DNA of 63,919 bases, the filler included. It is 7 parts of 7 records of this genome, joined end to end, with 100 filler letters (N's around TTAATTAATTAA, not from the genome) between each part and the next. Parts side by side here need not be neighbours in the genome. Positions count along the whole stretch, not along the records: positions 32,842 to 40,656 come from SRR31156797_6263; positions 40,757 to 53,409 come from SRR31156797_6265; 5 more parts are not named here. One strand, given 5' to 3'. Of the stretch, positions 39,125 to 49,189 are shown piece by piece (the first letter of the stretch is position 1; every line of letters starts with the position of its first letter). A program made the translations under genes and the position numbers. Below the pieces are notes generated by a model. It saw only the letters and a program-made list of their open reading frames with translations. It was not told where the DNA came from and ran no database searches.

Positions 39125-40612
39125 ATGAGTTTAAAATCGAACGACACACCTGAAAATAGGACGGAACCATTTTTCCTTTGGCTTATAATCGGCGCGGTCT
39201 TGATGTCTTTTTCCAACTGGAGCCATATCATACCCCTGGCCCCATGGCTTTATCCAATATTTTTTATTAGATATTTCCGATCGCGCCCGGTCGGTTCCGG
39301 TACAGCCGTCCTACTGCCCGTCTGTATGGCGGCGGGGGTGATCATGTGCTGGCCGGCCCTGAAATTTCAAGGCGCAACTAGTTCTTTCCTTATTTCAAGC
39401 GGCGTGGGCCTTGGTTTTCTGGCTTTCCTGCCTTTTCTGGCCGATCGGCTGATTGCTCCTAAAATTGAAGGCTTCCTTTCTACCCTGATTTTTCCAGCCG
39501 CCTGGGTGACTGTTGAATATTTGAATTATTTCGGCCCCAACGCAACCTGGGGATCTCTGGCCTATACCCAGTACGGCGCCCTGCCTTTCATGCAGCTTGC
39601 ATCCATTACGGGCATCTGGGGTTTGTCCTTCATGATTGCCTGGACGGCGCCGGTGGTTAACCTGGTCTGGAAAAACTTTTTTTCCCTTAAAAAGATTAAA
39701 GGCGGCCTGGCCGTTTATGCTCTTATACTGATCCTCATCCTGGTTTGGGGCGGCGCCCGCCTGGCCTTTTATCAGCCGCCGGAAAACACGGTCTGCGTGG
39801 CCGGCATAACCAACCCGGCCAGCACGTTTTTTCGTTTTGATAAAAAGGAATGGCATGACAGATCGAGGATTCGGAACAGGCTGATAGAGGAACAGGATTT
39901 ATTTCTTGAATGGAGTCGTAATGCCGCTCGGTGCGGAGCTAAAATTATCTGCTGGCAGGAATATGCGATCTGGGTGTTGGAAGAGGATGAATCATCATTT
40001 ATTAAAAAGGTTGGTGTCATAGCCCGTGAAGAAGGTGTATACATTGTTGCGCCTTATGCAAATATTCCCGAAAAATTTCCAACCGCTCCCTGGGAAAACA
40101 AACTTGTCTGGATAGGCCCTGACGGCGACAAGCTCCTGGAATACCATAAAGCCCATCCTTCGTACGTCCTGGAGCCGATTAAACCAGGACCGGGCGTCGT
40201 ACCCCTTACTGATACTCCTTGGGGCGGGATTGCTTCAATAATATGTACGGATCAGGAATACCCGGGGTTGGTCCGTCAGGCAGGTAAAAAGGACGCCGGT
40301 CTGCTGGTTGTTCCATCTGCCGGCTGGAAAGGCGTTACCCCTCTGCATACCCACATGGCCGCTTTCCGGGCCGTGGAAAACGGTTTTTCTCTTTTCAAAC
40401 CCATTGGCGAGGGATTATCGGCCGTAATAGACAGCCGGGGCCGCATTATTTCTTCAATGGATTATTGGGCGGTCAAAGACAGGATCATGGTTTCTCACGC
40501 CCCGGTTAAGAAATTCTTTACTGTTTATGGTATTATAGGGGACGCATTCGCCTGGCTGTGCATCGCCTTTTTTATCGGCGCCGTCGCTTGTGTTCTTATA
40601 CGAAGGAAATAG
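39125..40612 (+). CDS. Apolipoprotein N-acyltransferase-like membrane carbon-nitrogen hydrolase
   Basis: WGSLAYTQ, QLASITGIWGLSF, triad WQE / YHK / ICTD, RAVENG, G.SAVID. Confidence 0.8.
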   Translation: MSLKSNDTPENRTEPFFLWLIIGAVLMSFSNWSHIIPLAPWLYPIFFIRYFRSRPVGSGTAVLLPVCMAAGVIMCWPALKFQGATSSFLISSGVGLGFLAFLPFLADRLIAPKIEGFLSTLIFPAAWVTVEYLNYFGPNATWGSLAYTQYGALPFMQLASITGIWGLSFMIAWTAPVVNLVWKNFFSLKKIKGGLAVYALILILILVWGGARLAFYQPPENTVCVAGITNPASTFFRFDKKEWHDRSRIRNRLIEEQDLFLEWSRNAARCGAKIICWQEYAIWVLEEDESSFIKKVGVIAREEGVYIVAPYANIPEKFPTAPWENKLVWIGPDGDKLLEYHKAHPSYVLEPIKPGPGVVPLTDTPWGGIASIICTDQEYPGLVRQAGKKDAGLLVVPSAGWKGVTPLHTHMAAFRAVENGFSLFKPIGEGLSAVIDSRGRIISSMDYWAVKDRIMVSHAPVKKFFTVYGIIGDAFAWLCIAFFIGAVACVLIRRK

Positions 40613-40656
40613 ATTAGGTTATGGAGGTTCATTTGAAAGTCAACATTCGACCGGCA

Positions 40657-40756
40657 NNNNNNNNNNNNNNNNNNNNNNNNNNNNNNNNNNNNNNNNNNNN
40701 TTAATTAATTAANNNNNNNNNNNNNNNNNNNNNNNNNNNNNNNNNNNNNNNNNNNN
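40657..40756. other. Artificial contig spacer
   Basis: N44-TTAATTAATTAA-N44. Confidence 0.97.
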
Positions 40757-40757
40757 A

Positions 40758-41153
40758 TTTGGAAAAGGTTTTGCAAATGAAGAGTTCTGGGTAGTTCATG
40801 GATATGCAGAAAATGTATTTACTGAAATTGATGATGAGTTAAGAGAATATGTGGATTTCTTCATCCCAGAAGTTGGCGGAGCAGGATATATCGATAGTAT
40901 GGTAATCTTGAAAGATGGAAAAAATAAAGAAGCGGCGTATAAATTTATTGATTATATTTTAAGACCTGAAGTTAACGCTAAAATTGTTGATTATTTAGAA
41001 GTTCCTTCAGTTATTAAAGGTGTGGCTAAAATTAGAGAAACTGTACCTGTTTATCCTTTAGAGCAAGTTTTAAAAGCTGAGCTTAAGTTTGACCTTGGAG
41101 ATTCAATTGAGCTTTATAATCAAACTTGGCAAGAGATTGTTATAGAAGAGTAA
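40758..41153 (+). CDS. Spermidine/putrescine ABC substrate-binding protein PotD-like (5'-truncated)
   Basis: FIPEVGG..YIDSMVILK..KNKEAAYKFIDYILRPE; open frame from the contig edge. Confidence 0.8.
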   Translation, partial: FGKGFANEEFWVVHGYAENVFTEIDDELREYVDFFIPEVGGAGYIDSMVILKDGKNKEAAYKFIDYILRPEVNAKIVDYLEVPSVIKGVAKIRETVPVYPLEQVLKAELKFDLGDSIELYNQTWQEIVIEE

Positions 41154-41160
41154 TATAAAT

Positions 41161-41224
41161 AAAGAGTCTGAGTTATTGCAGGGGAAATTCATGAATTGAC
41201 CTCTACAAAACTTCAGACTCTTTT
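41161..41224. terminator. Long imperfect hairpin, likely a bidirectional terminator
   Basis: AAAGAGTCTGA...TCAGACTCTTT with further internal pairing, between convergent genes. Confidence 0.7.
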
Positions 41225-41239
41225 AGTATAAAAAAAAAT

Positions 41240-41947
41240 TTATAAATCAGTTATTTGTACAAATCTAAATTGATTTTGATTATAATAAACTTTCGAGTAT
41301 TGGAATAATTCTTTATTTTCAACATAATGTAGATATTCAACTTTGAATACAGCTACGTTATTAGTAATTTTAAGATAATTTTTGATTTTGGCATCAGGAA
41401 CAACTGCTAAAAACTCTTTTTTTATTCTTTTAACATGAAAACCTCTCTCTTCTCTGTATGAATGAAGAGATTTTTTAATATCCTTTTTAGTTATTTCACC
41501 ATATTTAACTGGAATATAGTTTAATTCTAAAGTAAAAGGTTCCTTATCAATGAATCGAAGCCTCTTGATATAATAGACCTCTTCATTATCAGAAAGTTTC
41601 ATTTTCTTTTGAACAAGTTTATCCGGGATGATTTTATCAAACTTAATAATTTCAGTAGAAACCTGTTTACCACGTTTCTTCATTCTTGCATCAAGTCCGA
41701 TTACATTGTCTAAAAATACTTCTTCTTTATCATGATGACCTTTTACAAATGTTCCACGTCTTTCAACTTTGTATAGATAATTTTTAGCCATTAAGTTTTC
41801 AAAAGCTTTTCTCGCTGTCATTCTGCTTACATTAAATTGTTTAGCAAGGTCAAGTTCAGATGGTAGTTTTTCATCAGCCTGAAACTCTTCATTTCGAATT
41901 TTTTTTATTATATAGTTTTCAATTTCTAAATATTTATGTTTATCCAT
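41240..41947 (-). CDS. GntR family regulator (HutC/UTRA)
   Basis: KLPSE..LAKQFNVSRMTARKA...RRGTFV; UTRA C-domain; SD GGAGG. Confidence 0.92.
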   Translation of the reverse strand: MDKHKYLEIENYIIKKIRNEEFQADEKLPSELDLAKQFNVSRMTARKAFENLMAKNYLYKVERRGTFVKGHHDKEEVFLDNVIGLDARMKKRGKQVSTEIIKFDKIIPDKLVQKKMKLSDNEEVYYIKRLRFIDKEPFTLELNYIPVKYGEITKKDIKKSLHSYREERGFHVKRIKKEFLAVVPDAKIKNYLKITNNVAVFKVEYLHYVENKELFQYSKVYYNQNQFRFVQITDL

Positions 41948-42040
41948 AAGTCCTCCATAGTGTATGCATAGCGAAATTGTAGTCAAAAAAACATACGTAC
42001 TTATATGAGTATAGCATAAAAAAGGAAAACTAGGCAAATA

Positions 42041-42070
42041 AAAATAGAGACAACAAAGTTGCTGTCTCTA
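42041..42070 (-). terminator. Intrinsic terminator after the XRE-TPR gene
   Basis: TAGAGACAAC-aaa-GTTGCTGTCTCTA hairpin 13 nt past the stop. Confidence 0.7.
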
Positions 42071-42083
42071 CTTTAAAATATGT

Positions 42084-43355
42084 TTATGCAAATTTCTTTT
42101 TTAATTTGTCAGAGAACTCTATTAACTCTCTTTTAGAATATATTCTTGAAAATTTAGGAAAAGTTTTATAAAAAAACTCATGCCTAAAGAAATCTTTTGG
42201 TATTTCAAGCATATATTTTTCTAATCTTTTAATTTTCGATAATTCGGAACTTTGATATATATCAAATAGTTTGTCAATACACTCCTCATATTTATTTATA
42301 AAATAAAGTGAATTTTTAGAATTTAAGCCTATTTTTAACTCTAACTCTTTCTCGAAATTTTTCATTGCATTAAATCTATCTCCCAGGAATAGATATGCTT
42401 TCCCCAGATAATAATAATACTGATATTCATCCTGATGATTTTGACTTTGATTTTTAACTAGAGTTTCAAGTTTTGGGATAACTATTCTAACATTGAATTT
42501 TTCATCTAATTCAATGAAATTAATAAGTATATTAGAATAGCATCTTGCTCTTTGAGAGATACTGATATCTTTTTTTAGTAAATCGAAGAAAAAGTCGTTG
42601 GATTTTTCATATTCAGAATTTAAATAGTAGCAAATGCCGAGATTGTTTTGAGGGATGAGAAGTCTCTTTGAATCGTTTATATATTCAATAGATCTTTTAT
42701 AGAGTTGAATGGCTTTCTTGATATGCCCTTTGTTCTGGAATGCCAGAGCGAAATGATATAATATGCGTCCGTTTATTTCTTTATCATCATATTTGAAGTG
42801 TTTATTGTATTTAGTATAGAGATTTATGTTGAGATCGAAAAGACCTTTTATTGTATAAATTCTCTGCAAATAGAGTGTTGATGATAAAGCGAATGATTCA
42901 AAATTATATTCAAGGGATATATCAAGAGCTTCCTCTAACAATGATTGGCTCATATTTAATTCTTTTAAATTTGTATAATAATGTACTCCTATATAGGTGA
43001 ATAATCTTACTTGCTCAAATGGGTAACCCCCATCGTAGAAGAATTTTTTTAGATCAATGATTTTGTCAGCATTAATTGAGTTGATATTGGAAATAACATC
43101 ACAAACAATTCGTTTAACTTGATCATCTTTTGAAACGAGTAAGTAATCGTGAGATATTTTCTTACATTCATCATTAATATAGGTGTTAAGTTTGTCACAG
43201 AGTTTCCTTGCAATTGATTCATTTAAAGAATATTTTCCATTTTCGATACCTGACAGCATTCCGGCTGTAACTATTCCGTTGGCAAGATCTTTTTGTTTGA
43301 TCCGATACTGTTGTCTTATTTTTCTGATTTTGTTACCAGGTGTTAGTATTTCCAT
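42084..43355 (-). CDS. XRE-HTH plus TPR transcriptional regulator (RRNPP/PlcR-like architecture)
   Basis: GNKIRKIRQQYRIKQKDLA...LSGIENGK HTH; several TPRs (NNLGICYY, YYYLGKAY); SD AAGGAGGAG. Confidence 0.8.
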   Translation of the reverse strand: MEILTPGNKIRKIRQQYRIKQKDLANGIVTAGMLSGIENGKYSLNESIARKLCDKLNTYINDECKKISHDYLLVSKDDQVKRIVCDVISNINSINADKIIDLKKFFYDGGYPFEQVRLFTYIGVHYYTNLKELNMSQSLLEEALDISLEYNFESFALSSTLYLQRIYTIKGLFDLNINLYTKYNKHFKYDDKEINGRILYHFALAFQNKGHIKKAIQLYKRSIEYINDSKRLLIPQNNLGICYYLNSEYEKSNDFFFDLLKKDISISQRARCYSNILINFIELDEKFNVRIVIPKLETLVKNQSQNHQDEYQYYYYLGKAYLFLGDRFNAMKNFEKELELKIGLNSKNSLYFINKYEECIDKLFDIYQSSELSKIKRLEKYMLEIPKDFFRHEFFYKTFPKFSRIYSKRELIEFSDKLKKKFA

Positions 43356-43472
43356 AATCTCCTCCTTTTCTACTAACAATTAGAGTTTTACATGATTAAT
43401 ATAGATTTAAATATAATCAGCTAAAAGTCTATCTGTATAAAATTTATAGTGTTTTTTAAAAATTTTCTTATT

Positions 43473-43649
43473 TTACCATAATTTTTGAATGTAATCAAAT
43501 TCCTGACGGGTAATTTTTTTTGGTCTTAAATAAGTTTGATTCTTTTGACTTAATAATCGTAAGGCTTTTTCAGAGTTGAAAAATCTTTTTTTCCTCTTAA
43601 TTTTTGACATGAAAACTAAAGCAGTAGGGTGAGCAAATATTCTTTCCAT
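43473..43649 (-). CDS. Small basic protein (58 aa), not in the ORF track
   Basis: MERIFAHPTALVFMSKIKRKKRFF...QKLW*, with SD AAGGAGG 6 nt upstream. Confidence 0.55.
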   Translation of the reverse strand: MERIFAHPTALVFMSKIKRKKRFFNSEKALRLLSQKNQTYLRPKKITRQEFDYIQKLW

Positions 43650-43901
43650 AAAAATCCTCCTTTAAATATTCTCCTGAGTTTACATATCTCTATGAATCAG
43701 GAAAAAATAGATAAATTAAAAAATGATAAAAATTGTATTAAAAGATTATACGAAAAAATTATATGAGTTTCATAATTTAGAAAAAAAATTACATAAATTT
43801 AGTAAAAAATACAGAAAAATACTAAATTTTCACTGAAATGAATAATAAGAAAATAAAAAAGTATTAAGAAATGAAATTATAGAATAGAAATTTAAAATAA
43901 A

Positions 43902-43948
43902 AAATCTCACTTGCAACAAGCAAAATCAATGCTTGTCTCAAGTGAGAT
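43902..43948 (-). terminator. Intrinsic terminator after the lipoprotein gene
   Basis: ATCTCACTTG.AACAAGCA...TGCTTGT.TCAAGTGAGAT inverted repeat. Confidence 0.7.
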
Positions 43949-43968
43949 AAGGTTATAAAATTATTTAC

Positions 43969-44349
43969 TTAAAAAAACATATTTCCCGATATTTTAGCTC
44001 CGTCCGGATTTTCCCTATAGTCTATTGTAGTATAGTCGTCACTGATATATATAATGACATCTTGATAATCAATAGAATAATCTATTTCAAGTTCAACTCT
44101 TCCAACAGAATAATCCCATTCAAATTCATATTCAATCCCTTTTTTGAGTATTTTTGTTTCCGGCTCTGCCACATCGTATATAGTGTCTCCAATCCAAATA
44201 TCACCATAGATATTGATTTCATCAACACCATCCGGGACACTAAATGTTACTCTTACTTCATTCTCAGCCAACTCATATTCTGCCGGATCTGCAATTTCAC
44301 AAGAGATAAAAAGAATAGATAACAAAAATAGCAAAATAACTTTTTTCAT
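43969..44349 (-). CDS. Acidic lipoprotein of unknown function
   Basis: MKKVILLFLLSILFISC lipobox. Confidence 0.75.
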   Translation of the reverse strand: MKKVILLFLLSILFISCEIADPAEYELAENEVRVTFSVPDGVDEINIYGDIWIGDTIYDVAEPETKILKKGIEYEFEWDYSVGRVELEIDYSIDYQDVIIYISDDYTTIDYRENPDGAKISGNMFF

Positions 44350-44750
44350 AAAATTCACCTTTACCTAAAAAAACGTAATAAAATACCAGTATACTATTAT
44401 TAATATATATTATACGATGAAATCTTAATTAAATCAAAGTAATATTTTAATGTAAATTTATTTATATCTTAAACACGTTTAAATTCAAGAGAATTCATAA
44501 AAGATATTATATAATTTACTATTTAATTAATAGTTCTTATTAATTCTACTATAATTAACTTAAAATTCTTTTAGTTTTATTTATTAAAATTTAAATTAGA
44601 GTTGAAAACTTTTTTTATTATATTTTTCCGGAAAAGATGTTATAATATCAGCTGTACAAAATATATTTATGTTAGGAAAAGAACCCCTTATTTTACTAAG
44701 GGTATAGTTGATTTTTAGATATTAAAGATATATATGGAGGTTATTCTCTA

Positions 44751-47700
44751 ATGGATAGAAGTATTGTAAGGATTAAACCCAAAGGTAATCCTTTTGAAAG
44801 TTTTGGAGTAAAAAATATTGTTGTTGAAGAAGTTGTTCTTTCTAAAAGAAAAAAGAGTGTTGACCTGATTTGTTTGGTTGAAGAACCAAGTCATTTAGAT
44901 GAACTTGATATTATGGAAGAAAAATTTTCTCAGAAATTCGGTAATGATCTTGATTGTAATTTTAAAATAAAACTGAGTTCGGAAGATATTGATGAAGCCG
45001 GGATTAGAATAATTACAGATAGAATAATCAAGGATATAAAAAAAGTTAAGACTATAGCAAAATCTTTTTTGCTAATTTATGAGCTTAAAATAGTTGGCAA
45101 TGAAATAATTATTGCTCTTAAAAGTCAGGTAGCTGTTGATCAATTATATGATAATAGAATAGATGCCAGAATTAAAGATGGCCTTGAGGATTATGGATTA
45201 AAATACAGTGTGACTCTTACTTCTGGTGATTTTACTGAAAAAGTAGAAGCTCTTGAAGCACAAAAAGAGGAAAAAATTGAAGAGTTTGAAGAGAATTTCA
45301 AGAAAAACAGACCTGTAGGAAAACCGGAATTTAAAAAAGTTAAAACAAGTGAAAATAAAGATGTTCTTATTGGTAGAGAGATCAAAGGTCAGACCATCTC
45401 ATTCCAAGAGTTTAATGAAGTTTTCCAGAATGATGATTGTATATTAGAAGGAGAAGTATTTAAGCTAAATATTAAGATCACTAAGACAGGAAAACAGTTA
45501 ATAATATTTAATATAAGTGATTACAGTGATTCTTTAACTATAAAGAAATTTGCTAAAGAGAATGAAGATGTACCTATTAAAAATGGTATGTGGGTAAAAG
45601 TAAAAGGTAAAAAGCAAGTTGATACTTTCATGAATAATGAAGAGATTCTATTTGCCTCTGCAATTAACAGAATCGAAGCAAAAGTTTCTCGTAGAATGGA
45701 TAATGCTGAGGAAAAGAGAATCGAACTTCATGCGCATAGTAAAATGAGTGATATGGATTCTGTAGTAGAAGCAGCTGAATTAGTAAATCAAGCAGCTGAA
45801 TGGGGACATAAAGCCATTGCTATAACAGATCACGGTGTAGTACATGCGTTCCCGGCGGCGTATAAAGCTGCCAAAAAACATGATGATTTCAAAGTTATAT
45901 TTGGTTGTGAAGGCTATCTGGTTGATGATGAAGTTAGAATGGTTAAAAATGCCAAAGATGTAGCAATAGAGGAAGAAACATATGTTGTATTTGATATTGA
46001 AACAACTGGTTTTGATCCTTATAGTGATAAAATTATTGAGATAGGTGCAGTTAAACTACAGGGGACGAAAGTAATTGATACATATTCTACTTTCTTTGAT
46101 CCTGAAAGAAGTATTCCGTCTAAAATAACTGAACTTACAGGTATTACTGATGAAATGGTTGCAGATGCACCACTTATTAGGGAAGAATTACCAAATTTTA
46201 TCAAATTTTGTGAAGGAGCAACACTTGTAGCTCATAATGCGTCATTTGATGTAGGTTTCATTACACAGAAAGCCCTTGGAATTGACATAGAGATTGACCC
46301 GTCTGTTATAGATACTCTGCAGTGGAGTAGAAATATCAGAAAAGACAAAGGCAGACACGGACTTAAAGCCATATGCAAGGACTACGGAATAAGTCTGGAT
46401 AATCACCATAGAGCTGTTGATGATGCACAGGCAACAGTTGAAGTGTTTAGAAGGTTTATTAATATCGTAATTAAAGAAGGAGCATTTAAATTATCTGAAA
46501 TTGATGCGGTATTTAAAAACGATGTAAAAAATGCTTCAACTTATCATGTAATTATTTTAGTTAAAAATAAACAAGGTTTACAGAATTTATATAAATTAGT
46601 TTCAGAAGCACATATTAATTATTTCCACAGAAGGCCTAGAATTCCTAAATCCCTATTAAGAGAAAACAGAGAGGGATTAATTATTGGTTCAGCATGTGAG
46701 GCAGGAGAAATAATTCAAGGATATGTTAGAGGTAAACCAAAGCAAGAGATAGAGCAGTTAGCAAAATTCTATGATTATATGGAGATACAACCTGTGTCAA
46801 ATAATATGTTCATGGTTCATAACGGCTCAATGAAAACAGTTGATGAGCTTAGAGAGATGAATAAATATATGTACAAACTAGGTGAAAAGCTTGAAAAAAG
46901 AGTTGTAGCTACAGGAGATGTACATTATTTAAATAAAGAAGATTATATATTTAGAAGTGTTCTTTTATGCGGAAAAGGTTTTAAAGATTATGCAGCAGAT
47001 AATGGATTATATTTTAGAACAACTCGGGAGATGTTAGATGAATTCTCATATCTCGGGCCTGATGCTGCGCATAAAGTAGTAGTAGAAAATCCTAATGCTA
47101 TAAATGATGAAGTTGAAAAAGTACAGCCGGTACCTGATGGCTTCTATCCGCCAAAACTTGATAATGCGGAAGAAACAGTTAGAGAGATGACTTATGAGAA
47201 AGCTTACAAGATATATGGGAATCCTCTTCCTGAAAGAATAGAGCAAAGAATAGAGAGAGAGCTTAATGCCATTATTGGTAATGGGTTCTCGGTATTATAT
47301 CTATCTGCGCAAAAACTAGTAAAAGAATCACTCGATAATGGATATCTGGTTGGTTCAAGGGGATCAGTAGGATCGTCAATAGTTGCATATATGATGGATA
47401 TTACTGAGGTAAATGCACTTTATCCGCATTATATCTGTCCAAATCCAGATTGTAAACATTCTGAGTTTATAGATCAAGAGGGAAGTGGAGTCGATCTGCC
47501 TCCTAAAGATTGTCCTAAATGTGGTACTCATTATGTACGAGACGGACATACAATTCCATTTGAAGTATTTATGGGATTTAACGGAGATAAAGTACCTGAT
47601 ATCGATCTGAACTTCTCAGGAGAATATCAATCGGAAATTCATAGATATACAGAGCGTTTATTTGGTAAAGAAAATGTATTTAAAGCAGGAACAATTTCAA

Positions 47701-49028
47701 CTCTTGCTGAGAAAAATGCTTTTGGTTATGCGAAAAAATATATGGAAGAATCTGGTAGAAACTTAAGAACTGCTGAACTGGAGAGGTTAGCCAAAGGTTG
47801 CGAAAATGTTAAGAAAACTACAGGTCAGCATCCGGGTGGAATGATTGTAGTTCCTCAGGGACATAGTATATATGAATTTTGTCCTGTACAGAAACCTGCT
47901 AATGATCAAAAGTCTGATTCAATCACGACACATTATGATTATCATGTAATGGATGAGCAATTAGTTAAATTAGATATATTAGGACATGATGATCCTACTA
48001 CGATTAAATTACTACAAGATTTTACGGGAGTAGATATACTAGAAGTATCACTTGCAGATCCGGAAACACTTAAGATTTTCTCTGGAACAGAAGCTCTTGG
48101 AGTAAGACCTGAGCAGATTGGTTCAGTAGTTGGAACATACGGAGTACCGGAGTTTGGAACTCAGTTCGTTAGACAGATGCTGGTTGATACGAAGCCTACT
48201 ACTTTTGCGGAACTTTGTAGAATATCAGGATTATCACATGGTACAGATGTTTGGCTTAATAATGCGCAAGAGTTTGTTAGAGCAGGTAAATGTACACTTA
48301 GTGAAGTAATTTCCGTAAGGGATGATATTATGAACTATCTTATTGATAATGGCATAGAAAAGGGAACTGCCTTTAAGATAATGGAGTTTGTAAGAAAAGG
48401 CCGACCATCGAGAGAAGCTGAGCAGTGGGAAGAGTATTCAAACTTAATGAAAGAACATAAAGTTAAAGATTGGTATATTGAATCTTGTAGAAGAATCAAG
48501 TACATGTTCCCAAAAGGACATGCCGTTGCTTATGTAATGATGGCGATGAGAATAGCATATTTTAAGGTTCATCATCCACTAGCATTTTATGCAGCTTATT
48601 TAAGTAGAAAAGCTGATGATTTCAATTCTGAAATAATGTTACAAGCTGTTTCAGAGATTGAAAATAACAGAAAACTGCTTGTAGCAAAAGGAAAACTGGA
48701 TGTAAGAGAAAAATCAGAACTGGCTCTATGCGAGATTATAGTTGAGATGCACGCTAGAGGATTTGAATTCCTTGGAATTGATGTATATAAATCAAATGGA
48801 TTTAAATTCATGCTTGAAGATGGAAAAATCAGAGTTCCTCTAATTGCATTAAATGGTCTTGGGGCAGCAGTTGTAGAGAATATAGTCAATGAAAGAGAGA
48901 AGGGTAAATTTATCTCTTATGAAGATCTGAAGAGAAGAACAAAAGCATCGCAAACAGTTGTAGAAAGTTTAAAACTTGTAAATGCAATTGAAGGCTTAAG
49001 CGATACGAACCAAAAATCTTTATTTTAA
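44751..49028 (+). CDS. polC: DNA polymerase III PolC-type
   Basis: ELHAHSKMS and AITDHG PHP domain; FDIETTG/HNASFD/HHRA.DD exonuclease; GSRGSVGSS, KVPDIDLNF, KLDILGHDDPT, YMFPKGHA. Confidence 0.98.
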   Translation: MDRSIVRIKPKGNPFESFGVKNIVVEEVVLSKRKKSVDLICLVEEPSHLDELDIMEEKFSQKFGNDLDCNFKIKLSSEDIDEAGIRIITDRIIKDIKKVKTIAKSFLLIYELKIVGNEIIIALKSQVAVDQLYDNRIDARIKDGLEDYGLKYSVTLTSGDFTEKVEALEAQKEEKIEEFEENFKKNRPVGKPEFKKVKTSENKDVLIGREIKGQTISFQEFNEVFQNDDCILEGEVFKLNIKITKTGKQLIIFNISDYSDSLTIKKFAKENEDVPIKNGMWVKVKGKKQVDTFMNNEEILFASAINRIEAKVSRRMDNAEEKRIELHAHSKMSDMDSVVEAAELVNQAAEWGHKAIAITDHGVVHAFPAAYKAAKKHDDFKVIFGCEGYLVDDEVRMVKNAKDVAIEEETYVVFDIETTGFDPYSDKIIEIGAVKLQGTKVIDTYSTFFDPERSIPSKITELTGITDEMVADAPLIREELPNFIKFCEGATLVAHNASFDVGFITQKALGIDIEIDPSVIDTLQWSRNIRKDKGRHGLKAICKDYGISLDNHHRAVDDAQATVEVFRRFINIVIKEGAFKLSEIDAVFKNDVKNASTYHVIILVKNKQGLQNLYKLVSEAHINYFHRRPRIPKSLLRENREGLIIGSACEAGEIIQGYVRGKPKQEIEQLAKFYDYMEIQPVSNNMFMVHNGSMKTVDELREMNKYMYKLGEKLEKRVVATGDVHYLNKEDYIFRSVLLCGKGFKDYAADNGLYFRTTREMLDEFSYLGPDAAHKVVVENPNAINDEVEKVQPVPDGFYPPKLDNAEETVREMTYEKAYKIYGNPLPERIEQRIERELNAIIGNGFSVLYLSAQKLVKESLDNGYLVGSRGSVGSSIVAYMMDITEVNALYPHYICPNPDCKHSEFIDQEGSGVDLPPKDCPKCGTHYVRDGHTIPFEVFMGFNGDKVPDIDLNFSGEYQSEIHRYTERLFGKENVFKAGTISTLAEKNAFGYAKKYMEESGRNLRTAELERLAKGCENVKKTTGQHPGGMIVVPQGHSIYEFCPVQKPANDQKSDSITTHYDYHVMDEQLVKLDILGHDDPTTIKLLQDFTGVDILEVSLADPETLKIFSGTEALGVRPEQIGSVVGTYGVPEFGTQFVRQMLVDTKPTTFAELCRISGLSHGTDVWLNNAQEFVRAGKCTLSEVISVRDDIMNYLIDNGIEKGTAFKIMEFVRKGRPSREAEQWEEYSNLMKEHKVKDWYIESCRRIKYMFPKGHAVAYVMMAMRIAYFKVHHPLAFYAAYLSRKADDFNSEIMLQAVSEIENNRKLLVAKGKLDVREKSELALCEIIVEMHARGFEFLGIDVYKSNGFKFMLEDGKIRVPLIALNGLGAAVVENIVNEREKGKFISYEDLKRRTKASQTVVESLKLVNAIEGLSDTNQKSLF

Positions 49029-49039
49029 AATAAAATATT

Positions 49040-49087
49040 AATCCGCTGTGTTATTTGAAAGCCTATTTTCAAAAAAACAGCGGATTT
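49040..49087 (+). terminator. Intrinsic terminator after polC
   Basis: AATCCGCTG...CAGCGGATT inverted repeat. Confidence 0.7.
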
Positions 49088-49189
49088 GTTAGTTATTTTC
49101 CTAAGATTCTTTGGAAAAAAGACAGATTTTGAACTATAATATAATATGAGCATTATTAATTAAACAATCTAAAGTGAGGAGGAATTTAT

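Noticed and set aside
40633-40656. Possible start of another gene (TTG, MKVNIRPA, GNAT-like) after GGAGG
   Set aside because: Only eight codons before the contig edge, too little to call.
41948-42037. Hydrophobic 30-aa stretch upstream of GntR considered as the RRNPP signalling pro-peptide
   Set aside because: It is an in-frame upstream extension of the GntR ORF with no SD, and it lies beyond the terminator.
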